From an uncultured Actinomycetes bacterium (lineage in GTDB: Bacteria > Actinomycetota > Thermoleophilia > Gaiellales > Gaiellaceae), in NCBI GenBank assembly GCA_963718385.1, contig CAVQZE010000007.1, positions 42,455-106,454 on the forward strand: DNA of 64,000 nt, in the 5' to 3' direction. How positions within the stretch are numbered: the stretch's first letter is position 1; each line of letters starts with the position of its first letter. The position numbers were made by a program, and so were the translations under genes. This document shows positions 17,922-27,647 of this stretch, in pieces. The notes beneath the pieces were generated by a model. The model was not told the origin of the DNA, did no database searches, and saw nothing but the letters and a program-made list of their open reading frames with translations.

Positions 17922-19330
17922 TAGCCGCCGCCCACCCGGCCTTGTAACAGAGTGTTACTTGCCCCGGTTCGCGGCTTCGCGATGCGGGCTTGCGAGCCTT
18001 GTAACAGAGTGTTACTTGCACCGTGCGCGGCAACCGGTGCGCGCGCGGCCGGCTGAGGCGGCGGCCTCGAGTCGACGAGGATCGCCGCGACGAGGAGCAC
18101 CGCCATCGCAACGGCGCTCTCGCCGAGCATGCTGCGCGACAGCCGCGAGAACAGCGTCCCGCCCTCCCCGGCCGCGAGCCGCGGCGCCGCGACGAAGTGA
18201 TGCGTCGCGCCCCAGAGCAGCGCGAGCGCGACGAGCGACAGCTTCACGAGCAGCACGTGCCCGTAGCCGGTCGTCCAGAGATCGTGCACGTGCGGCAGCC
18301 GCAGGATCGACAGATACGTCCCCGCCGTGAGCAGCACCGCGACGAGCACGGTCGCGAGCCGCGAGAAGCGGAGGAACGCCGTACGGCGCAGCTCGGGCGC
18401 GCCCGGCCACACGACGACGAGCAGCTGCACGAGCCCGCCGACCCAGAGCATCGCCGCCGTCAGGTGCACGTAGTCCGCGAGCTCGGACAGCCACGAATGT
18501 CCCGCGTCGGCAGCGGAGTGCCCGGACAGCGACAGCCCCGACGCGAACACGAGCCCGAGCACGAACGCGACCCAGAGCAGCCACCGCCGCTCGACGAGCC
18601 ACGCGAGGTAGAGCGACGCCGCGACGAGCGCGAACCCGAGCGTCATCGTGATGAACACCGTGCCGAAGCGCGTGCCGTACGCGAGCGGCGACAGGTCGCC
18701 GTAGAGGAAGCAGCCGGAACGGCAGCTGCAGCATGTCCTCGCCGCGCAGCAGGAAGCCGACGATCCCGACCTGGAGTATCCCGACGGCGCCGATTCCGGT
18801 CGACCCAGAAGAAGCGGCGCTCGGCGCTCGGCGGCAGCGGGCCGCGCACGATCAGCAGCCGGAAGCCGAGCCCGCCGACGAGGAGCGCGAGCGTGACGAA
18901 GTAGAGCCAGCGCACGATGTTCTCGGTGCCGCGTCGGGCCCTGCGCGCCGACGGCGGCGGTCACCGGCGGCGCGGGCACGCCGACGCCGAACGTGTAGAC
19001 GCCGGAGACGATGTGGCCGTCGTTCGAGAGCGCCTGCCAGCGGATCGTGTACGGGCCCTTCGGCAGCCGCGGCACGGTTGCGACGAGTTGTCGCGCCGCG
19101 GAGATCACGTGCGGCGAGCCGGCGAGATCCTTGCCGCTCGGCGTGAGCACCTGGATTCGCCTTGGGCAGCGCGTCGATCGTCTGGTCGAACTGGAGGACG
19201 ATCCGGCGCGGCGAACTGCGAGAGCTCCTGCCCGAACGACGGCGACTCGTGCTTCAGCGTCGCATGCGCGAACGCCGCGCCGGGAAGCGCGAGCGCGACG
19301 AACGCGACGAGCGACGAGCGCGCGCCTCAT
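17921..19330 (-). pseudogene. copper resistance CopC/CopD fusion protein (YcnJ-like), at least 6 frame breaks
   Basis: Signal peptide plus CopC: AHATLKHESPSFGQEL / RRIVLQFDQTIDALPKA / IQVLTPSGKDL...YTIRWQALSNDGHIVSGVYTFGV, spread over three frames. CopD spans (WLYFVTLALLVGGLGFRLL; GHSAADAGHSWLSELADYVHLTAAMLWVGGL) lie in ORFs 18643..18915, 18012..18734 and 17921..19474. All six breaks behave as +1 insertions. The tail runs through the 24-bp repeats. Confidence 0.8.
17939..18019. repeat. Two identical 24-bp copies (17939-17962 and 17996-18019) of GCCTTGTAACAGAGTGTTACTTGC, each containing the palindrome GTAACA-GAG-TGTTAC; candidate operator pair
   Basis: Read directly from the sequence. Start-to-start spacing is 57 bp. 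The copies are about 42% GC in a much more GC-rich context. They lie immediately upstream of the OCD start (17921), inside the 3' tail of the CopC/CopD ORF. Confidence 0.6.
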
Positions 19331-19929
19331 CGGTGCGGCGCTCCCGCGAACTGCGACAGGTGGCCGAAGATCGGCGCGACGTCGCGGTCGCAGTAGAGCA
19401 GCACCGCGAGCAGCGACGAAGAACGTCGCGAACCCGGTCGCAGCGACGAGCGAGCGCGGCCGGAACGCGTGCACGAGCGGGAAGACCGCGCAGACGAGCG
19501 CCGTCCAGCCGAGCGCGTGGTGCAGGAACGCGGCGCGCGAGAAGAGCCAGTGGTTCTGCTCGTGCGACGATGAACGCCGTCCCCGAGATGAGCAGCGCGA
19601 GCGACGACGTCAGCCGCCAGTACTGCGAGTGCAGCTTCCCGCGCGCGAGACCGAGCTCCGCCGCGCCGCAGAGCATCAGCACCTCCGCCCACGATCCGTG
19701 CGCGACCATGTGGATCGTCGAGTTCGTGAAGAACGTCATCACGGGCCACATCAGGATCCCCATCCCGAAGCAGATGCTCGGCCAGAGATACGGCCGCCAG
19801 CGACCGACGCGCCCAGATCTCCGGGCCGACGACCGCCTCGGCGAGCAGCAGCAGCCCGAGCATCAGGAAGCCGGTGGCGAAGCCCCAGTGGACGAACTCC
19901 GCCTGCGGCATCAGCCCGGCGACGATCAC
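19327..19929 (-). pseudogene. polytopic membrane protein with conserved-looking His motifs, 3 frame breaks
   Basis: Pieces VIVAGLMPQAEFVHWGF..., GMGILMWPVMTFFTNSTIHMVAHGSWAEV..., HEQNHWLFSRAAFLHHALGW... and ...DVAPIFGHLSQFAGAPHR are spread over ORFs 19327..20133, 19254..19763 and 17921..19474. GTG overlaps the upstream stop (GTGA), and the stop overlaps the copCD ATG (ATGA). Family not recognised. Confidence 0.5.
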
Positions 19930-20225
19930 GACTCGTCCTCGAGGAGATCGTCGGCGACGCCGGGCGCGACGACGAGCCGGAAGAGGATGCCGACGGCGAT
20001 CACGTAGAGCTGCGGCTCGGCGAGCAGCCACCAGACGCCCTGGCCGCCGCGGGTGCAGCAGCGTCAGCCGCCACGGCTGGAGCACGGCCCAGATCACGCC
20101 GCCGAGGGCGGTGACCGGTCCGATCGCGAGCACGATCCGCGCGCGCGCCGCCCGCGAGAGCCCCTCGCGCGCGTCGGCGGCTTCCTCGTGCCGTTGGTCA
20201 GTTCATGCGCGAAGTCCGCGCTCAT
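19926..20225 (-). pseudogene. small two-TM membrane protein, about 2 frame breaks
   Basis: ATG 20225 is preceded by AAAGGAGG. Reconstructed reading: MSADFAHELT.., then LSRAARARIVLAIGPVTALGGVIWAVLQPWRLTLLHP, then GGQGVWWLLAEPQLYVIAVGILFRLVV...EDES, ending at TGA 19926-19928. Confidence 0.45.
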
Positions 20226-20257
20226 CTCCGTTCCTCCTTTCCGCTCAGGTCACAACC

Positions 20258-20279
20258 GTCGCGGGCAGGAGCCCGCGAC
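20258..20279 (-). terminator. GC-rich hairpin (9-bp stem GTCGCGGGC/GCCCGCGAC, 4-nt loop) at the stop codon of the upstream gene; possible terminator or attenuator
   Basis: Perfect inverted repeat read in the sequence. It sits in the only intergenic gap (53 nt) in the 28.4-14.7 kb gene string. No U-tract follows. Confidence 0.4.
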
Positions 20280-20928
20280 TACGCGACGAGCGGAGGAGGC
20301 CGAGATTCGAACGCGATGCCGAAGCGCGAGCGCGGTGCCCGCGAGACGGCGTGGTGGAGGCGCGGGACGGGAACCGCGCCACGCGACGTGAGCCGCCGCG
20401 CAAACGCGACCGCCTCGGCGGCGAGGGTCTCGTAGTCCCCGAGCCATGCGGCGACAGCGCGGAACAGAACCGCGACGAGGACGGCGAGCACCGCGAAGAC
20501 CGGCAGCGCAGAGCTGTGCAGCCACGGCGAGAAGACGGTCCAGCGTCCGGCGTCCGCGCTCTCGGCGTCGGCCTGCAGCAGATAGATCGACGCGGTGCCG
20601 ACGAACGAGAGCAGCCAGAGGCGCGGCGAGAGCTCGATGCGGACGCGCGGCGCGCGGCGCGCGGATTCCGAGCGACGCGATGCGCCGCCCGACCCGCTGC
20701 GTGCGCTTTCGCGAAACGCCACGCGAGCCGCGCGAGCATCAGCGCGACGCCGATCTTCACCGCGGCGAGCAGGAACGGGTAGTACTCGGTGTGCGCGTAG
20801 CTGACGCGGCCGACGTGGCGGCCGACGTCGAGCCGGTGCGTCAGGCTGCGCCCGGCGAGCTCCGCGACGAGCGAGAGCAACCCGAGTGCCAGGATCGCGA
20901 GGAGCCGCTGGTGGCGGCGCGCTCTCAT
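20279..20928 (-). pseudogene. hypothetical membrane protein, one frame break near 20660
   Basis: MRARRHQRLLAILALGLLSLVAEL...LLAAVKIGVALMLARLAW in ORF 20245..21165. It continues as RVRIELSPRLWLLSFVGTASIYLL...ALPVFAVLAVLVAVLF in ORF 20279..21508. ATG overlaps the yjbQ stop. Confidence 0.5.
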
Positions 20929-21313
20929 GCCAGAAGAGTAAGCGACCAGTCGTTCCTGTGCTCGCTGTCGAGCGAGAACAGGAGGATCCGCTGCCACTGG
21001 CCGAGGCAGAGCGCGCCGTCGGCGAACGGCACCTGCTCGGTGCGCGGGCCGAGGAGGGAGGCGACGAGCCGCTCGCGCGCGGGCGACGCCGCTCGGGCAC
21101 GACCCGCTCGAGCAGCGCCTCGAGGTCCTCGAAGAAGCCGGTCTCGCGCTCCTGGACGCGGACAAGCGTGAGCCCGTGTGCCGTGTGGATGTACGCGATG
21201 CCGTCCGGACGCTCCGAGCGCGCGACCGTCCGCGCGACCTCGTTCGTGATGTCCATCACCGAGAGCGTCGGGAGCGCAGCCGCGATCGAGTAGGGCACTT
21301 CGATGCTCGTCAT
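20925..21313 (-). pseudogene. YjbQ/UPF0047 family protein (secondary thiamine-phosphate synthase-like), one frame break near 21090
   Basis: MTSIEVPYS...VMDITNEVARTV...IAYIHTAHGLTLVRVQERETGFFEDLEALLERVVPE in ORF 20279..21508. C-terminus SLLGPRTEQVPFADGALCLGQWQRILLFSLD in ORF 20925..22655. ATG overlaps the ispH stop. Confidence 0.75.
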
Positions 21314-22244
21314 CCGCGTGCGACCTCCTTCGGCAGCCGGAAGTGAACGTGCTCGCGCGCGACGGTGATCTCCTCGAGCGTGTCGTAGCCGCGACCGCGC
21401 GAGGTTCGGACGCGACGGCCTCGACGAGCTCCTCCGGCGTCGATGCGCCCGCCGTGAGCCCGATCGTCTCGTGGCCGGCGAGCAGCTCGTCATCGGGCGG
21501 GCTCTCACCGTCGATGAGCGTCGCGATCGCGCCGTTCGTCTGCGCGACCTCGACGAGCCGCTGCGCGTTCGAGCTGTTCGCGGAGCCGATCACGAGGACG
21601 AGCGTCGCGCCTTCGGCGACCATCGCCTTCACCGCGTCCTGGCGGTTCTGCGTCGCGTAACAGATGTCGTCGGCGGCCGGCCGGCGCATCTCGCCGAGGT
21701 GGCCTTCGAGCGCGTCGACGATCGGCGCGACGTCGTCGAGCGAGAGCGTCGTCTGCGTGATCACCGCGACCGGCTTGTCGGTCTTCAGCGCGCGCGCCTG
21801 CTCCGGCGACTCGATCACGACGGTCGAGTCGGGCCGCTCGCCGAGCGTGCCGATCACCTCGACGTGGTTCGCGTGTCCGACGAGCGCGACGAGATGGCCG
21901 CTGTCGGCGTAGCGCCGCGCCTCTGCATGCACCTTGTTCACGAGCGGGCACGTCGCGTCGACGACCTTCAGGCCGCGCTGCTCGGCGTTCTCCTTCACCG
22001 ACGGCGCGACGCCGTGCGCGGAGAGCACGCAGATCTCGCCCTCCGGAATCTCGTCCTCGTGCTCGACGAACACCGCGCCGAGCTCCTCGAGCCGGCGGAC
22101 GACGTGCTCGTTGTGAACGATCTGGTGGCGGACGTAGACCGGCGCGCCGTGCTGCTCGAGCAGCCGCTCGACGATCTCGATCGCGCGGTCGACGCCGGCG
22201 CAGAACGAGCGCGGCGCGGCGAGGAGAACGCGGCCGCCGTTCAC
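21310..22244 (-). pseudogene. ispH: 4-hydroxy-3-methylbut-2-enyl diphosphate reductase, one frame break near 21400-21410
   Basis: VLLAAPRSFCAGVDRAIEIVE, HNEHVV, ATCPLVNKVH and SANSSNAQRL motifs in ORF 20925..22655. The C-terminus GYDTLEEITVAREHVHFRLPKEVARG is in another frame and ends at TGA 21310-21312. GTG 22244 overlaps the hpnG stop. Confidence 0.9.
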
Positions 22245-22818
22245 GCGAGTCGTTCCTCGAGTGCGTTCAGCGCCGCGACGGCGTCGCTTGATCGAGCGGA
22301 CGGCGGCGCCGCGCTTCGTCACGACCCAGCGGACGAGGCCGACGGACATTCGTGCGTCCGTCGGCGTGCACGGTCGTGTCGATGCCGGCGATCGCGCTCG
22401 ACGGCACGTCGCTGATCGCGCGGAGCACGCCGGCGAGCCGGCCGCTCGCCGCGAGCACGCCGCTCTCCATGTCGACCGCGTCGGCGCCGCTCGACTCGTG
22501 CAGCCGTCGCCGCTCCGCCGGATCGTGCACGAGGTCGTCGGATGCGAGCACGACGGCCGCCCGCGCACCGCGCACGCCCAGCGGCTCGCCCTCCCAGAGC
22601 GTCGCGCCGGATGCGTCGACGACGCGGGACGCGTCGAGCACGTCGCCGACCGCAAGCCCGTCGTGCAGCGCGCCGGCGAGGCCGAACGAGACGACGCGCC
22701 CGTCGGGCACGCCGTTCACCGCGCGGATGCCGACACGCGCCGTGACAAGCCCGACCCGCTTCGCGACCCGCTCCTCGGCGGACGTCGCGCAGGCGAAGGT
22801 CAGCCCGTCAGCGTCCAC
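22241..22818 (-). pseudogene. hpnG: hopanoid-associated phosphorylase/nucleosidase HpnG-like (PNP/UDP family), two +1 breaks near 22345 and 22285
   Basis: LTFACATSAEERVAKR...VVSFGLAGAL...GADAVDMESGVLA in ORF 22267..25671. Then SVGLVRWVVTKRGAAVRSIK, then DAVAALNALEERLA in the other two frames. Located between hpnH and ispH. Confidence 0.75.
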
Positions 22819-23805
22819 GCCATGCTCCGCACCGTCTCCTTCAGGCTCTTCGACGATTCGAACGCGGCGGACGGCTCGAACCCGGAATGGATGCCGCAGT
22901 GCTCGCAGCGCGGATCGTTGCCCGGGCCGTACGCGTCCCACTCCATGCCGTCGAGCAGCGCCTCGTACGTCGGGAAGATCCCGTCGGTGAGCAGGTAGCA
23001 CGGGCCCTTCCAGCCGTACGGGTTGCGCGTGATCGAGCCCCACGGCGCACACGAGAGCTTCCGCTCGCCGGTGAGGAAGTCCTGGTAGATCGGCGTCGCG
23101 ATCCAGCGGTAGCCGTGCTTGCGCACCGCGGCGCGGATCGCGCGGAACTTCTCCTCGTGCTCGGGACGCGTCATCGTCAGCGCCGGATCGATCTGCGAGT
23201 ACTGGTACCCGGGCGCGACGAGCATCCCGTCGATGCCGACCTCGTCGGTGAGGTAGCGCATCATCTCGATCACGTCGTCGACCTCGGTCTCCTTGAAGAT
23301 CGTCGTGTTCGTCGTGACGCGGAAGCCGCGCGCGCGGGCGAGCTTGATCGCGTCGACCGCGATCTCCCAGAGGCCGGGGTAGTCGCAGACGTAGTCGTGG
23401 ATCTCGCTGCATGCCGTCGAGGTGGACGACGAACGTCATGCGCGCCGACGGCTCGAACCAGTCGAGGCACTGCTCGAGGCGGAGCGCGTTCGTGCACAGC
23501 TCCACCGTCTTCCCCATCTCGATCATGCCGGCGACGACTTCCTCGATCCCCTTGTAGACGAGCGGCTCGCCGCCGCAGATCGAGACGACCGGCGCGGGAC
23601 ACTGGAGACCCGAGTCGACGCATTCCTCGACGCTGAGCCGCGCACGATTCGACTCGTATTCGCGGATCTTTCCGCAGCCGATGCACGCGATGTTGCAGGC
23701 AAGCGTCGGCTCGAGCATCAGCACGAGCGGATAGCGCGCGCCTTTTCGCTGCTGCACGGCGACGTACTTTCCGATCGAGATCGTCGACTGCAAGGGGATC
23801 TTCAT
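22800..23805 (-). pseudogene. hpnH: adenosyl-hopene transferase HpnH (radical SAM), one +1 break near 23405
   Basis: MKIPLQSTISIGKYV...EPTLACNIACIGCGK (CxxxCxxC) in ORF 22267..25671. Continues EIHDYVCDYPGLWEIAVDAIKL...MIEMMRYLTDEVGIDGMLVAPGYQY...CEHCGIHSGFE in the frame of ORF 22800..23273. Confidence 0.88.
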
Positions 23806-25593
23806 TCGGAAAGCCTTTCTCTGAGTCGGCCGAGTGCGAGCAGTGGGAACGTGATGCGGTAGAGGTGATATCGGATCATGAAATCGAGCGGGAAACCCGT
23901 GCCCGTGAAATGGGTTTCCTCCCAGTCGCCGTCGTCTTGCTGGGCGGCGCAGAGATAGTCTGCCGCCCTGCCGCGCACCCTGAGCCTCAGCGTTTCCTGC
24001 GGCCATGTAGCCGAGCAGCGCCCAGGCGGTCTGCGACGGGGTCGTGAACGGAGCGCGGCCGCGCCACGCGGGGTCGGCGTACGAGCGAATGTCCTCGCCG
24101 AAGCCGCCGTTCTCCTGCTGGACGGAGTCGAGCCATGCGACGGCGCGGCGCACCGCGGGATGATCGGCAGGAACGCCGCATGCCTCGAGCGCGGGCAGCG
24201 CGGCGCCGGTTCCGTAGAGGTGGTTGACGCCCCAGCGGCCGAACCAGGAGCCGTCGTGCTCCTGCTCCGCGAGGAGCCAGTCGAGACCGCGGTCGACGGC
24301 GTCGTCGTAGCCGTCCTCCTGCCCGAGCGTCTCGAGCGCGTGCGCGGTGACGTCGGCGCTCGGCTCGTCCGTGACCTTGCCGAAGTCGCAGAACGGGATC
24401 GGTAGAGCCACATCGCCTGGTTGTCGACGTCGAACGCGCCCCAGCCGCCGTCGCGCGACTGCATGCCGGCGAGCCAGTCGAGGCCGCGCGTGACGGCGTC
24501 GCCGCCGATGCCGAGCTGCCGCAGCGCAAGCGCGATCACCGCTGCGTCGTCGGTGTCGGGATAGAGGTCGTTCTCGTACTCGAACGCCCAGCCGCCGGGC
24601 GCGAGGTCGGGCACGCGCACCGACCAGTCGCCGCTCGCCGTGACTTCCTCGCGGAGGAGGTACGCGCCGGCGCGCGCGAGCTGCGGATGGTCGGCCGCCA
24701 CGCCGCACGCGCGCAGCGCGAGCACCGCGAGGCCGGTGTCCCAGACCGGCGACTGGCACGCCTCGGGACGAAGCCGGTCGCCGTCCTGCACCATGAAGCC
24801 CTGCCAGCCGTCGACTGCGCGGCGCAGCGTCGGATCCTCGAAGCCGTGGCCGAGCGCGGCGAGCGCGACGATCCCCCAGACCCACGGCGGCTGGATCCCG
24901 CCCCACGATCCGTCCGCCTCCTGCCGCTCGCGGATCCACTGCTCCGCGACGGTGAGCGCCTTGCGGCGGAGCGCCGTCGGCCGGCGCGCCGCGCGCGTGC
25001 GTCCGGGAATCGCGCCGATGTCGCGCAGGTCGACGTCCGCGTGGCGCACAGGCCGGAGCGACTGCGCGACCGCGAGCGCGACGAACGTCTGCCGCGCCCA
25101 GCACGCGAAGTTGTAGATCGAGAGCGGCGCCGACGGCGGCAGCAGCACGAGCTCCGGCGGGATCGGAACCATCCGCTGCCACGGCCACTGCCCGAGCAGC
25201 GCGAGGAAGCACTTCGTGAAGAGTCGGCTCTTCGCGATTCCGCCCTCGCGCTGGATGTACGCGACGCGCGCGCGGCCCGGGGTCGACACCGCACATCCGT
25301 AGCGCGACGTACGCCTCGATCGACGTCGACAGATCCGGCGGGCCTTCGAACCAGATCGCCCACGTGCCGTCGTCGCGCATCCGCGCGATCAGCTCGTTCG
25401 CGATTCCCTTGTCGAGCTCCGGCGTGCGCAGTCCGAGGAAGTGGTTCCAGAAGAGATGCTGCGCGGTCATCGTCACGTTCGACTCGAGCTCGCCGACCCA
25501 GACTCCGTCGTCGCGCTGCAGCTCGAGCAGGCGCCGCGTGCCGCGGTCGATCGCCGTGTCGAGGCGCGTCAGCGTCGAGGCGGTCGCGGTCAT
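23802..25593 (-). pseudogene. shc: squalene-hopene cyclase, three frame breaks (about 25285, 24410, 23990)
   Basis: QW-type repeats and the catalytic DxDDTA context (YPDTDDAAVIALAL). The reading alternates between ORF 22267..25671 (start MTATASTLTRLD; LPIPFCDFGKVTDEPSADVTAHALE...) and ORF 23802..25289 (IQREGGIAKSRLFTK...; C-terminus GFPLDFMIRYHLYRITFPLLALG). Confidence 0.92.
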
Positions 25594-26829
25594 GCCGCCA
25601 CCGCCGCGGCGGCGGCGCGTCCGCTTCGCACCGCGCTCTCCATCGTCGCGGGCCAGCCGGTGTCGGTCCACGCGCCGGCGCGGACGACGTTCGCGCGCGC
25701 GGTCGCGGCGCCGGCGCGCGCGATGCCGGGTCGGAGCGCGATCGTCGCGTAGGGCTCGCGGCTCACGCGCGACCAGAGGATCTCCGCCGGGCCGAGCCGT
25801 TCCGTGAGCTGCTCCGCGATCCGGTCGACGAGCGCGCGGCCGCGAATCTCCAGCAGCTCGGGTACGCCACTCGAGACGACGGTGAGGTACTGGCCGCGCT
25901 CCGGCTCGTGCCCGGTGAGCGCGCCGCGGTCGAAGACCCAGTGCGCGTCGCTCGCGAGCATCGCGGCAAGCGGCGACCGGAGCAGCGGCCGGTCGAGCCA
26001 GAGGTGGACGCTGACGATCGGCGAGTCATCGAGCCCCGGTTCCGGATCGCCGAGCAGGCGCGCGCTTTCGGTCGGTGCCACGGCGACGACGATCACGTCG
26101 GCCTCGAGCTCCGCGCCGTCCGAGAGGCTCGCTACGTTGTCCGATATGGCAACGACCCGCGCTTCCGTCCTGACCGTCGCGCCCGCGTCTTCGAGCACGC
26201 GTCCGGCGGCGTCGCCGTGCATCGCGCCGAGCGGCCTCAGCGGCAGGATCAGGTCGGCGTTCGCGCGCGGCCCGAGCAGCGCGGTGCGCACGGTGAAGAG
26301 ACCCGCCTCGGCGCTCGCCTCGTCGCTGCGGAGGTTCAGCGCCGGCCTGATGAAGACGTCCCAGAAGCGGTCGACCGCGGCATCGGAGGAGCCGAGCCGG
26401 CGCAGCACGGAGCCGAACGTCTCGTCGTCGGCGTGCCTTTGCGCCGCGGAGCCGCGCGAGCACGAGCGGCAGCCGAACGCGGTCGCGCAGCGGCAGATGG
26501 CTGTATCGGAGCAGCGCCGCCGGGCTCGGCCGGATCTCCGACACCGAGCCGTCTTCCGCGATGACCGGCAGCGCGAGCCGTTTGCGCAGTACCGAGCCGC
26601 CCTCGCCGATCCGGTCGAGGAAGCGCAGGTACTCCGTGAAGCAGCCGAGCGCGATGTGCTGGCCGTTATCCGGCGGCGGCTCCGGGTCGCCCTCGCGTTC
26701 GGGCAGGGTCTGGACGGCTCCGCCGAGCGTCGGTCTCGCTTCGAGCACGGTCACGTCGGCGCCCGCGTCGACGAGGTCGAGTGCCGCGGCGAGCCCCGCG
26801 AGACCGCCTCCGACGACGACCGCCTTCAT
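25590..26829 (-). pseudogene. hpnE: hydroxysqualene dehydroxylase HpnE (FAD amine-oxidase/phytoene-desaturase fold), one +1 break near 26434
   Basis: MKAVVVGGGLAGLAAALDL dinucleotide-binding N-terminus in ORF 26026..27651. Continues ADDETFGSVLRRLGSS... in ORF 25590..26408. Located between hpnD and shc, with ATGA overlaps at both ends. Confidence 0.85.
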
Positions 26830-27611
26830 CGGACGAGCCCCTTCGCCACGACCGCGAGCTTCGCCGGCGCCGAGAGTCGCGTCTTCTCGCCGAAGACGTC
26901 GAATCCGTTCGCCTCGATGCGGTCGAGCGTCGCCCGGTAAAGGCCTGCGAAGGTCGACACGCACAGCGAGCTGCGCCCGTCGAGCGAATCGAGCAGGCGC
27001 AGGCCCTCGTCGAGGTGCGCGCGCGCACGCGCGGCCTGGAAGGCCATCAACGTCCGCCACTCGGACGTCGTTCGCCCCTGCGCGATGTCGGCTTCGGTGA
27101 CGCCGTACGCGGCGAGCTCGTCCTGCGGCAGGTAGACGCGGTCGAGCTCCCAGTCCTCGCGCACGTCGCGAAGGATGTTGATCAGCTGCAGCGCGATGCC
27201 GAGCGTCCGCGCGCGGTCGACGTCGTCGGAGCCGTACACCGCGACGCAGGCGACGCCGACTGCGCCCGCAACCTTCTCGCAGTAGCCGCTCAGCGCGTCG
27301 AAGTCGGCGTACCGCGTCTGCTCCGTGTCCTGGAGCCCGCCGTCGACGAGCGCCGCGAGGGCGTCGCGTGGAATCGCGTAGCGTGCGCGCGCATCTGCGA
27401 GCGCGACGAACGTCGCATCCGTCGGCGTCGCGTCGTCGAGCGACGCGCGCAACGCCTCGAGCCGCGTCCGCTTCTCCGCGAGCGGCAGCGTGCCGTCCGC
27501 GACGTCGTCGACCTCGCGCGCATACGCGTACACGGCCGCGATCGCGCGCCGCTTCGGCCGCGGCAGCACCATGATCCCGTACGCGAAGTTCTTCGCCCGC
27601 GTCCGCGTCAC
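26826..27611 (-). CDS. hpnD: presqualene diphosphate synthase HpnD (squalene/phytoene synthase family)
   Basis: AVYAYAREVDDVADG and LINILRDVREDWELDRVYLP Asp-rich motifs. The track start is GTG 27611. An ATG at 27651 overlaps the hpnC stop (ATGA) and would add about 13 aa (..STAYDEVLR) if a +1 break near 27635 is assumed. Confidence 0.88.
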   Translation of the reverse strand: MTRTRAKNFAYGIMVLPRPKRRAIAAVYAYAREVDDVADGTLPLAEKRTRLEALRASLDDATPTDATFVALADARARYAIPRDALAALVDGGLQDTEQTRYADFDALSGYCEKVAGAVGVACVAVYGSDDVDRARTLGIALQLINILRDVREDWELDRVYLPQDELAAYGVTEADIAQGRTTSEWRTLMAFQAARARAHLDEGLRLLDSLDGRSSLCVSTFAGLYRATLDRIEANGFDVFGEKTRLSAPAKLAVVAKGLVR

Positions 27612-27647
27612 GCGCAGGACTTCGTCGTAGGCCGTCGACTCCGACGT

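Noticed and set aside
17939-18019. Possible minimal CRISPR array (24-bp repeat, 33-bp spacer)
   Set aside because: There are only two copies. The repeat is internally palindromic and AT-rich, like an operator. There are no cas genes or further repeats in the window, and it sits exactly at an operon start.
22267-25671. A 1134-aa ORF suggesting an Shc-HpnH-HpnG fusion protein
   Set aside because: Only segments of it look like real protein. The rest is Arg-rich out-of-frame text. The shc, hpnH and hpnG genes each have their own start and stop (23802/23805, 22800/22818), and the missing parts are found in other frames.
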